A stretch of 32,000 bases of DNA. It comes from Nostoc sp. PCC 7120 = FACHB-418. Its GTDB lineage: Bacteria > Cyanobacteriota > Cyanobacteriia > Cyanobacteriales > Nostocaceae. A program made the position numbers and the translations under genes. Location of the stretch: positions 3,660,001 to 3,692,000 of the forward strand of contig NC_003272.1 in NCBI RefSeq assembly GCF_000009705.1, written 5' to 3'. Shown here piece by piece: positions 16,481 to 25,300 of the stretch (the first letter of the stretch is position 1; the number at the start of each line of letters is the position of its first letter). The notes below the pieces were generated by a model. It was not told the origin of the DNA. It saw nothing but the letters and a program-made list of their open reading frames with translations, and ran no database searches.

Positions 16481-17180
16481 TCAAGACATGAAAAAACGAG
16501 TAGGAGCGTTAGCCCTAATTGCAGAACTATTTAAATACCCAACAGGGTTACTGGGGTCAAAACCTTTCTTATCTATAAAATACTTCTGGTGGTTCAACCT
16601 TGTAATCATCCGGGGAACATTGAATCCCCATTTCGGCAGCTATCTGGCGATATTGTTCATGGTCATGGCGTTACCGTGACGATAGATTGTTATGGCTGCA
16701 CATAGGGGAGAGAGGAGCGTGCTATGCGGGCGTTGATGACTGCACCAGATACGATAAGCGCAGCATCAAGACGACCATAAATTAAGCCGTCGCAGGAGGT
16801 AGCCCAACTGGCTTCGCGGTTGAGTTGGACGTTTAAGCCATACTTGCGAAAGAAGCCTTTTTCCAGGCGATCGCAAATGGCGCACAATCATTTATGGGAA
16901 AGTATCCGACAATCAAATCGGGTTTTTCTAAATCGCTGGATTTGATTACTGGTTTGATGGCTAGGGCTTCTTGGGTTAGGCCTTGGGCAACTAACGCTTC
17001 TGGTGGAGTGGGCATTAATTCATGATTTGCCAGGGTAATAACCCACCACAACAAGATAATTCCTAAGAATCCCAAGGCAGGAAGTACGACTACATCCCTC
17101 ATCAAAATTGGTTTTGCTGTTTTCCATGCAGATTGAGTCGCAACAGCTGCAATCGCTGCTAAATTTAATTGAAATATCAT
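16481..17180 (-). pseudogene. Decayed NitT/TauT ABC transporter genes: a permease N-terminal fragment fused to frameshifted, internally deleted NrtA/CmpA-like binding-protein fragments
   Basis: Three minus-strand frames each carry pieces. The first is a permease-like N-terminus (ILMRDVVVLPALGFLGIILLWWVI...LMPTPPEAL). It runs directly into a binding-protein block (LEKPDLIVGYFPINDCAPFAIAWKK). After a frameshift comes GFFRKYGLNVQLNREASWATSCDGLIYGRLDAA. The last pieces are C-terminal fragments EQYRQIAAEMGIQCSPDDYKVEPPEVF and FIDKKGFDPSNPVGYLNSSAI. Only about 700 bp remain where more than 2 kb would be expected. Confidence 0.75.
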
Positions 17181-17280
17181 TGTGCCACCCCAACAGAGTT
17201 AAGTGCAGGTACGAAAACATGAGCAGTACCAGCCTTGGACACTGACGAGAGCAAAACATTTATCAAATGCTGTCTCTTCA

Positions 17281-17490
17281 GTCTCCTCTCAATGCCTACG
17301 AAGTTAGCTGACGGGCTAGGGCTGAGAGATGCCCCTCTCTGGCGAGTGCTGAGTAATGAGTTCTGAGTTCAGTATTTAGCTAGATTTAATGTTTAACTCT
17401 TGACTCTTTAGTTGACACTCTCTGTGAGATACGCCCCACAAATTGGTTCCTCCGCTCCAACCTTAAATACTATGGTGGGTTGGATTAGGC
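17281..17490 (-). promoter_or_regulatory. c-di-AMP riboswitch-like leader (ydaO-yuaA class), copy A
   Basis: The minus strand reads UCCAACC-loop-GGUUGGA GCGGAGGAACCA AUUUG UGGGGCGUAUCU ... AGAGGGGC AU CUCUCA GCCCUAGCCCGUCAGCUAACUUCGUAGGCAU UGAGAG GAG. These match the hallmark ydaO blocks (GAGCGGgGGAaCCA, UGGGGuGAAUC, CCCGnCAGCUAACcUCGUAaGC) as I remember them. It lies about 100 nt upstream of the ORF at 17180. Confidence 0.8.
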
Positions 17491-17634
17491 TGACTTACTC
17501 GAATAGATAATAATAAACCTTACAGTAACATCTTTTTTACAGAAAAACAATCCCCAATTTGTAAATGTTGTTGACATCATTACAAACAGGTAACTGATTA
17601 TGGAAGTTTTCCGTAATTAATAACCGCAATTGAT

Positions 17635-17780
17635 ATAAGTTATTCTGCTTTAAAGTTGCACAATCCATTGTGAGGGCTGTTGACTGTTGACCGTCAACGG
17701 TCAAAACAATTCGCAATTGCGAATTGTTAGGTCAATAGCCCTTATTAGTAGTTATGCAATTTAGGCGCGCTTTAACTTAG
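17635..17780. mobile_element. Palindromic MITE-like element, copy 1 (family shared with 28742-28863)
   Basis: About 146 bp that folds into one long hairpin. Terminal repeats are taagtta/taactta and inner arms are gggctgttgactgttgac.../...gtcaatagccc. A perfect 24-nt palindrome, aacaattcgcaattgcgaattgtt, is nested at the centre. Confidence 0.6.
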
Positions 17781-18016
17781 TATCATAACCATGCACAGTT
17801 AAGCATGAGGATACCTAGCTATGTGATTAATTTTATGTTGAGCAACTGGTAATAATCAATCCTGCTTGGGAGTTAAACAGAATTTTTCCTGAGTCATCAA
17901 TAATATCTATCACTTGGTAGGTGAATTTTCTCTCTGATTGCGATAATGTCCACTCTGCTCGTTAAACTAATTTCATATAGAATTAATTCCTCTATCTCAT
18001 AGCTGAATTTAAAATA

Positions 18017-19207
18017 ATGGAATTTAGTCAAGTACTGGCTGACAATACTAACATCATCATCGCCAAATGGGTTGTGGCAGTGCGTGAGGATAGACAGATA
18101 GAAAGCGCTGATGATTTATCATACACAGCCATTAAAAACCATATTCCTGATGTTTTTAAGGCAATGGTCACAGTACTTTCACAATCCCAAGAGAGTGATA
18201 TTAAATCCATTGTGACGGCCAGTTGGCAGCACGGATTACTACGGGCTGAACAGGGTTTTGATCCGTCAGAAATTGCCCGCGAATATAGACTATTAAGGAA
18301 AGTTGTATTTGATACTATAGAAGTTGATTTATTACAGAGAACACCCGGCGAAATTATTCGTTCTATGCGTTTAATTGATGCGGTGATTGATGAAGCGATC
18401 GCCAGATGTTTTCATAGTTATGTTGGTGAACGCTTGCGGGAATTAGAACATTTGCAATCTTCTTTGACGCTTCATAATGAAGAACTAACACGTTTAGTCA
18501 CTAGCAACGAAGATAAACTATCACAACTAGCCCACGAACTTAAACACCCACTCACGGCGATTATTGGTTATTCAGATTTATTTTTACGACAACAAAGGCG
18601 AGAAATTACAAGAATAGATAACACGGTCAACATAGAACATATTGAGCGCGTATTACGCAATGGCAGACATTTATTGCGGTTAATTAATAATGTCCTAGAA
18701 CTGTCACGATATGAAGCCGGTAAAATTCAGTTGCAACCGGCACCAATTCATATTCGAGACTTAATTAACAATGTTTGTGAGATGCTAGAACCTTTAGCGG
18801 CGGAGAAGAATTTAGCAATTTTAATTAACTGGGTACAAGCACCTAGTGAAATAATTACAGATGGTTTTCAATTACAACAAATTATTACCAATCTTGTGAG
18901 TAATGCAATTCGCTATACAGAGTCAGGCAACATTAGTATAGTCTGTGAAGCAATAGATGATCAAAAGTGGGCGATCGCTGTCTCTGATACAGGAATTGGC
19001 ATTGCCGAAAAAGACCAAACTAAGATATTTGAACCTTATTTTCGCGTTAGTTCTAAAGACCGTCCCTACCTTCCTGACAGTACAGGCTTAGGTTTAGCAA
19101 TCGTTTCGCGGTTAGTGAAGCTATTGCAAGGTGAAATTAACTTAGTCTCCAAAGAAGGGTTGGGTTCCACATTCACTGTGACTTTACCTTTAAAAGTAAA
19201 AACTTGA
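18017..19207 (+). CDS. Cytoplasmic sensor histidine kinase (HisKA + HATPase_c) with an RsbRD-N-like N-terminal domain
   Basis: 396 aa with H-box ELKHPLTAIIGYSDLF, N-box LVSNAIRYT, G1 DTGIGI and G2 GLGLAIV. No TM segment and no adjacent response regulator. Confidence 0.9.
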   Translation: MEFSQVLADNTNIIIAKWVVAVREDRQIESADDLSYTAIKNHIPDVFKAMVTVLSQSQESDIKSIVTASWQHGLLRAEQGFDPSEIAREYRLLRKVVFDTIEVDLLQRTPGEIIRSMRLIDAVIDEAIARCFHSYVGERLRELEHLQSSLTLHNEELTRLVTSNEDKLSQLAHELKHPLTAIIGYSDLFLRQQRREITRIDNTVNIEHIERVLRNGRHLLRLINNVLELSRYEAGKIQLQPAPIHIRDLINNVCEMLEPLAAEKNLAILINWVQAPSEIITDGFQLQQIITNLVSNAIRYTESGNISIVCEAIDDQKWAIAVSDTGIGIAEKDQTKIFEPYFRVSSKDRPYLPDSTGLGLAIVSRLVKLLQGEINLVSKEGLGSTFTVTLPLKVKT

Positions 19208-19338
19208 GCAATTGTCAACCAAAAGGGGATGGAATTTTACGCTTGATCAATAAATTTTCCTGCACGAAATTCTCCTGCACGCCGCCTCAACTTTAAAATA
19301 AATGTAGTTGCAGTTATCGCCTCACTATATTCAAACTG

Positions 19339-20289
19339 ATGGACAAAAAGAGCAAGCCAGACTGGGCTGGTGAAAGTTTACTCTCCAATTTCGTGAATTT
19401 GTTGATTCAAACTAAACCCATTTATGGGGTGATGAAACAGCAGGCTAGACAAGTCCTCATCAAAACGGCTGAGAAAAACGGTATTCCCTGGCGGAAAAAC
19501 TACGAAGCACTCCAAGTATCACCTGCAAAAAAACTGCTGGCGGCGGTGACTAACCCTCATGTGATTTATCCCGACTACTATAAAGTACCCTTTCACGCTT
19601 ATACGGAAGGTAATTTATGCTGGGACGCTGCTTTTGAAACTGAATCAGCTACCTATGCAATGGCGTTGCGGGTATGGCCTCAAGAAAACCTAACTTGGGA
19701 AGCCGCTCATGCTAGGCTCAGAGGCACTTTTCATGACGCTTTAGAAACATACGCTCCCCAGCAGGTTAGAGATATTTTAGATATTGGTTGCTCGGTTGGT
19801 GTTTCTACCTTGGCGCTGCATCGTTATTACCAACGCCGGGAAAGGTATCCAGTCAGGACTGTGGGTTTGGATTTATCGCCCTATATGCTAGCTGTAGCTA
19901 AAACTAGGGATGTTAATAGTGAAATATCTGAATGGCTTCATGCTAGGGCCGAAAACACAGGCTTACCCGATAAATCTTTTGATTTGGTTACTATCCAGTT
20001 TGTTACCCATGAACTTCCTGGCTACGTCAGTCAGGAAATTTTCGCCGAAGCCAAACGGTTATTACGTCCTGGTGGTTATATTGCTCTAGTTGATAATAAC
20101 CCGCGATCGCCTGTCATCCAAAATCTCCCCCCCGTCCTCTTCACTCTCATGAAAAGTACTGAGCCGTGGAGTGATGACTACTACACCTTTGACATCGAAG
20201 CCGCGCTACAAGCCGTAGGTTTTGCACCACCAATCACAGTCCCCAGCGACCCCCGACACCGGACAATTATTGCGAGGAAACCAGATTAG
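19339..20289 (+). CDS. Class I SAM-dependent methyltransferase
   Basis: 316 aa with SAM motif I ILDIGCSVGVST and post-I/II blocks (VGLDLSPYML, LRPGGYIALVD). Confidence 0.85.
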   Translation: MDKKSKPDWAGESLLSNFVNLLIQTKPIYGVMKQQARQVLIKTAEKNGIPWRKNYEALQVSPAKKLLAAVTNPHVIYPDYYKVPFHAYTEGNLCWDAAFETESATYAMALRVWPQENLTWEAAHARLRGTFHDALETYAPQQVRDILDIGCSVGVSTLALHRYYQRRERYPVRTVGLDLSPYMLAVAKTRDVNSEISEWLHARAENTGLPDKSFDLVTIQFVTHELPGYVSQEIFAEAKRLLRPGGYIALVDNNPRSPVIQNLPPVLFTLMKSTEPWSDDYYTFDIEAALQAVGFAPPITVPSDPRHRTIIARKPD

Positions 20290-20318
20290 GGTTTAGGGGT
20301 GTAGGGGTATAGGGGTTT
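20287..20318. repeat. Degenerate 7-8-mer tandem repeat (TAGGGGT-like), complement of the 8113-8147 repeat
   Basis: Reading gives tagggtt taggggtg taggggta taggggtt, starting at the stop codon of the methyltransferase gene. Confidence 0.7.
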
Positions 20319-20426
20319 CAAACATTTGTTTTGAATTTTGAATTGATTCATAACCCTTATCCTTGGTATTTCGTTTTCATGCGTAATTCTTACCAGATTA
20401 AACCCAAACTCTGCGTACCCCCGCGT

Positions 20427-22118
20427 TTAAAGGCCAACTCTGTCCAGCATCGCCAAATGCTGACTGACCGGAGCTAGGGTATTAGCCACAATCATCCCAC
20501 TAGCAGCGACGGCTGGCAGACCGATACCGGGAAATGTGGAATCACCACAGCACATTAACCCTGGAAGGGGTGTACCATGACCAGGAAACAAACCAGAGGC
20601 GGCGGAAATTGCGGGGCCGTAGGAACCACGATAGCGGCGTAAAAATCTCTCATGGGTAAGGGGTGTACCTACCAATTGGATTTCACAACGAGAGCGAATA
20701 TCAGGAATGATACGTTCTACAGCTTGCCACATCACCTCGGCACGCGATCGCTTTTGTTGTTCATATTCCTGACTTCTTCTGTCCACCCCTTGCCACAGTG
20801 CGTAAGGTTCATTACCAGGAGTATATATAACGCGATGTGCGACTTATTTTTGAAACCCCTCTCCAAACCTCTCCCCAAACCTCTCCCCGAAGCGGAGAGA
20901 GGCTTTGAATCTTATTCCCCTTCCCTCGCAGGGAAGGGGTTGGGGGTTAGGTTTGAGAGAAAGTTGCACACCGCGTTATATATGAATTACGTGTTTGCCC
21001 TGTGGTGCTAAAGACGGGTCAAGAATTGAGGGAATCGATACCAAAACAACATTCTGGGGCGCAGTAATCCCCAATTCCCAATCATTCACCACAATATAAT
21101 GACAAGCCAAATCTAGGGGTAAACCTTGGGCATTAATACCCAGATGCAGGTGCATGAAACTATCACATTCGGGTGTGCCTTGGCGTTGGCTGCGGAATTT
21201 TTGGGATACAGCCCCCTCCGGTAATAACTTCAGCGTATCCCAGATCGAAGCATTAGACACAACCGCCCGCCGCGCCCGAATTTCTTGCCCACCTCGCAGC
21301 CCGACACCTACCGCTTTGTTACCTTCTACCAATATTTGTTCAACATGGGCATTGAGTAGCAATTCCCCACCGTATTTTTTTAATCCCTCTACCAAAGCAT
21401 TAACTAAAGCACCACTACCACCAATGGGGTAATCTAAAGCTACTCCTGGGCGATACCAATCGGCGAACATGAATGCTACCTCTGCCGCATTGGTTCCCGA
21501 AGCTGGGAGTCCAGAGAGGAGAAAACACAGTAAATTCAGCCAGTTACTAATAAACTGGTCATGGACAACCCCATCCATGATGCGAGAGAAAGGCCCCGTT
21601 AACTTGAGGAAATTCGCAGATTGTTTAGCCAGAGTGGGAGCAAATCTGCCGATAGTTAGTGCTGCGCCTATATCCCAGCGTAATGCAGCTGGGGGAAGAG
21701 CGATCGCCGCCTGGGCTAGTGGTGTCATCACCTGTTGCAACCGCCGCCATTCAGCCACCGCCGCCTCTCCCCGCAGTCTCCCCAGCACTTCACAAAATTG
21801 TTCTGCACCCACCGCAGCATCAAAATCACCTTCAGGTAAGCAACAGCCCCAAGTATCATAAGTGACCCAGGGCAAATCAACACCAACTGCATCTAGCACC
21901 TGTCGTAAAGGGTTAACCGAAGGACTATAAGACAAACCAGAGTAAAGAGAAGGCCCCGAATCAAACTTAAATCCTTGACGTTCAAAACCGTGCGCCGCCC
22001 CACCAGGGATCGAATGACTCTCACAAACAGTCACATCAAACCCATAACGCGCCAGTAAAGCAGCACAACTCAACCCCCCAACGCCGCTACCAATAACTAC
22101 TACATCTGTTTGCTTCAT
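20427..22118 (-). pseudogene. Phytoene-desaturase-family (COG1233, CrtISO/CrtH-like) FAD-dependent oxidoreductase, interrupted by a MITE
   Basis: The N-terminal 380-aa ORF (Rossmann motif VVVIGSGVGGLSCAALLA) ends in a stop created inside the insertion. The C-terminal part continues in another frame (YTPGNEPYALWQGVDRRSQEYE...VGTPLTHERFLRRYRGSYGP...CCGDSTFPGIGLPAVAASG). Removing the element plus one TA restores a single frame of about 510 aa. Confidence 0.85.
20828..20978. mobile_element. 151-bp MITE with 16-bp terminal inverted repeats inserted at a TA-rich site
   Basis: The terminal repeats are taacgcgatgtgcgac (20828-20843) and gttgcacaccgcgtta (20963-20978), matching 14/16. Internal hairpins are cctctccccgaagcggagagagg and ccccttccctcgcagggaagggg. 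The flanks read ...atata|element|tatata... Confidence 0.75.
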
Positions 22119-22148
22119 CCGCGTTTATCCGCGTTTATCTGCGTTTAA
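22119..22148. repeat. 10-nt tandem repeat x3 (CCGCGTTTAT) abutting the start codon of the oxidoreductase gene
   Basis: Plus strand: ccgcgtttat ccgcgtttat ctgcgtttaa. Minus strand: ttaaacgcag ataaacgcgg ataaacgcgg ATG. Confidence 0.8.
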
Positions 22149-22204
22149 TTTTTCCCCATCCAATACACTATTCTAAATTAGACAGTCCAGTAGGGTGCGT
22201 CATA

Positions 22205-22236
22205 CAATTTAAAATTCAAAATTCAAAATTCAAAAA
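22205..22236. repeat. Heptamer tandem repeat (AAATTCA x3-4)
   Basis: Reading gives caattta aaattca aaattca aaattca aaaag. The complementary ttgaatt ttgaatt is seen at 20330-20346. Confidence 0.8.
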
Positions 22237-22309
22237 GTAGATTATACAACCTAGACACAACAGGACTTTTCACCCAGCCCCCAATCCCCAGTCCTACCTA
22301 AAAACCCCT

Positions 22310-22336
22310 AAAAAAAACCTCCCAATTTGTGGGAGG
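22310..22336 (-). terminator. Rho-independent terminator of the 1040-aa gene
   Basis: The minus strand reads CCTCCCAcaaaTTGGGAGG followed by TTTTTTTT, 31 nt after the stop codon. Confidence 0.8.
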
Positions 22337-22366
22337 TGAGAAATTTAGCAGAGAAAATTTGTCTAC

Positions 22367-25300
22367 CTACACGAGAACAACCGCGATCGCTCCTCCTAAG
22401 GCGGCGAAAACTGCGGAAACCACTGCTGTGGCAAACAACCACCAAGAAGCTGTGGCGGCGGCTTTGCGGGTTTCTTCGGCTTGCCGTTGGGCTTGATGTT
22501 TCACTTCTTCCAGGCGGCGCTGTGCTTCGTGTTGTAGGCGTTCGGCCCGTTGTAATACGGTGTTGCGCGCTCGTTCTATTTGGTCAATTACGCGGTTAGC
22601 ATCTTCCTCTGAGATGTCATCGCGGGAACTGACGATCGCGACTAAGGTTTCGCGGTTGAATGAGGATAGGCGATCGCGCAACGCATCGAATCCGGCTTGT
22701 GGGTCTTCTAATAAGGTGCGAACATCCCGCTTAATGCCGTCGTAGTTAAGTTCGGGACGTTCCAAAGCGTTGAGATAGTTACGAATGCGGGCAAAAACCC
22801 CGTCTATTACGTCATGAATTCGCCGTTGGATACTCCGCACCTGTTCGACAAATTGCTCTTGTACGGAAACTATATTATCGGCAATTCTGGCTGCTTCCTC
22901 GTCGCTGATATCTTCTCGAATCTTCAACAGAGCAATAATTGTGGAACGGTCAAAATGGGCTAGGCGATCGCTAAAGCTTTCTACCCCGACGCGTGGATCA
23001 TGCAGTAATAATTGCAAGTCACGTTTAATTCCTTCTGGATTTAATTCTTCCTTACCAGTTTGTCGCAGGTATTCTGCCAAGTATGCTTGGAAGTTCTGCA
23101 CCTGTTGCTGAGTGCGGGTAGCTAGGCGACGGGGCGCGCGCACGATATTGCGGATGGAACCTTGTACTGAGTCAATCACCTCATTAACTTGCTGTTCGCT
23201 CAAGTCTTGGCGCTGACTGAGTAATTTTACTAAGGTGTCCCGGTCTACTTGGGACAAACGACGGCGTAAAGCAACTGCACCTTCCTGGGGGTTTTCAAAC
23301 AGTCTATTTAAATCTCGTTGAATCCCTTCGGGGTTAAGTTCTTCTTTACCTGTTTTTCGCAGGTAATCAGCAATGGTTGTAGTTACAGAGTCGTATTGCT
23401 CTTTGGCTTTGTCGGCTACTATTTGGGGTGTATGGCGGACACCATGCCAAGACTCTTCCACAGTATGAATAATTTGATGTGCTTGGTCTTCGCTAATATC
23501 TTGACGTTGACTGAGCAACTGTACCAATGTTTCCCGGTCAAAACGAGATAAACGCGCCCGAATGGCCGAGATTCCAGCTTGGGGATCTGCTAATAGTGTT
23601 TTCAGGTCGCCACGGATAGCATCGGGGTTTAGTTCTCCTTTACCAGTGTTACGCAGATATGACTCGACATTTAACCACAGGGTTTCTGCTTGATATCTGG
23701 CTTGGTCTGCCAAGTTTTTCGACTCTAACAAGACGCGATCGCGCTCTCTTTCCAAATCATCAATAATTCTGTCTGGCTCTCCTGGCTGCATATCATTGCG
23801 TTCTAACAATATCTGCTGCATGGAGTAGCGGTCAATTATTGCCAGTCGCCGAGTCAAGGTTTCATGATCTGCATCGGCATCTTCCAACAGAGGTTTGAAA
23901 TCTCTCTCAATTCCTTCTGGTGTCAAATCTGCTTTATTCGTCACCAGCAAATAACTTTCGATTCGGCGTTGCAAATCTTGGGTAATTTCTCGTTCTTCGT
24001 CGGCTGTGACTATCACCAGCACTGACTGACGCACAGCTTCTAGCTGGTCGGCAATGTGCTGAATTTGTCCTTGGGTAAGCAGTCCCCGTTGTTGCAAGAT
24101 GTTCACAAAATCATTGCGGGAAAGGCGTTCTAGTTCCCGGCGCACTGTCCCAGGATCGGCGGCTGGGTCATGGATGACATCGCGGAATTCTTCCGCAATT
24201 CTTTGCTCGCTCAATTGCCAAGCATAGGTGTTAGACAGATAGTTTTCCACATCAGCCCGAATGGGGCTATATGGTTGTGATGGCACAGGTAAGCCTAATT
24301 TACCTGCTTGATCTGTGGCTTTATCTTTAGCTGTGGTGAGTGCGTGCCAAATTTTTTCCACATCCAAATCAGATAAATCTGTTCTCCCCAACGCAATCCC
24401 AGTGAGTGCGGATATACCTTGCTGGATTGTGCTTTGAATTGGCCCGGCTGGTGCAGCTTTTTGGTCTGTTTCCTTCGCGGAACGGCTTTCGGAGATTAAT
24501 CTGTCCAACTTGGCGCTGAGTTCATCAGTCTTAGCTTGTCCCGGTGGTAAGGATTTCAGATATTCAACCAACTCACCCAAACGGTCTGGAGTCGGTTGTT
24601 GCTGAGTTACCGTTTGCTGCCAAACATTGTATAAGGTGTCAGCTATCCGCTTCACGTCTCGCTTGGAAAGGTCGGTACGGCTACTCACTAAATCAATGAA
24701 CTTTTGCCGATCAATATTACGTAAGTCTGGACTACCGGCGATCGCTTTTAATTGAGGGTCACTCAGTAACCTTTCAAACTCACTGCGAATATTAGATATA
24801 TCTAACTCTGGTGGACGCAGTTTTTCAATATAATCTTCTATGTTTTCACGGATACTGAGAGGGTCGATGGCACTACCTAATTCCCGACGCATGGCGGCGG
24901 CGGCGGCTTCGGCTGTAGCTACAACCTGTTGATTAACGGCTTTTGCTCCCAAAGCGGCGGTAGCTGTCCCCATAATCGCCTGAAAGCCAGAGGTGGCAGT
25001 GTTAACTACCGAGCCGATGAGAGAACCAACTGTCGTGGAACTCACCCAAACTAACAGCAGGAAGTATGCACCCCAAATCACCAGACCGAGAATTGCCCCT
25101 AATCTAGGGTCTAGAATTACTAGGCTGAGTTTGACCGCCAAGAAAGAAGCGACTAATAAGGCGATCGTCACAGTAATTAGTGTCCACAGCCCCACAGCTG
25201 TCCCAATCTTGCGAATCGTCCCGCCAAAGCTTCCTGTTTCCTCTGTATCCGACCCTGAGTCAGATGAACGCCCCAGGTAGGAAATACCTGCGGCTACAGA

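Noticed and set aside
16488-17259. ORFs 16488-16679 (+), 16690-16887 (-), 16833-17180 (-) and 17020-17259 (-), considered as independent small genes.
   Set aside because: The two minus ORFs are fragments of the decayed binding-protein and permease genes. The plus ORF is the antisense shadow of the binding-protein C-terminal fragments. ORF 17020-17259 overlaps the leader and the permease fragment out of frame, with a Cys/Leu-rich nonsense composition.
15331-17490. Because NitT/TauT ABC transporters are classic targets of guanidine-I (ykkC) riboswitches, I first tested the two repeated leaders against that class. I also tested TPP, glutamine and fluoride motifs.
   Set aside because: Neither strand contains the ykkC hallmarks (CUAGGGUUCCG, GGUCCGAGAG, AAAGCCCGGGAGA). 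A GCUGAGA-like string occurs in only one copy and lacks the rest of the TPP core. The conserved blocks instead match the ydaO/c-di-AMP class.
20652-21011. 119-aa plus-strand ORF spanning the MITE and both gene fragments.
   Set aside because: It reads antisense through the oxidoreductase fragments and straight through the MITE (the PLPKPLPEAERG stretch comes from its repeats). It is an artefact of the insertion.
21154-21865. Plus-strand ORFs of 92, 130 and 68 aa inside the oxidoreductase gene.
   Set aside because: They are antisense shadows of a comparatively GC-rich, clearly homologous minus-strand gene. Their compositions are Pro/Ser/Ala-rich and they have no motifs.
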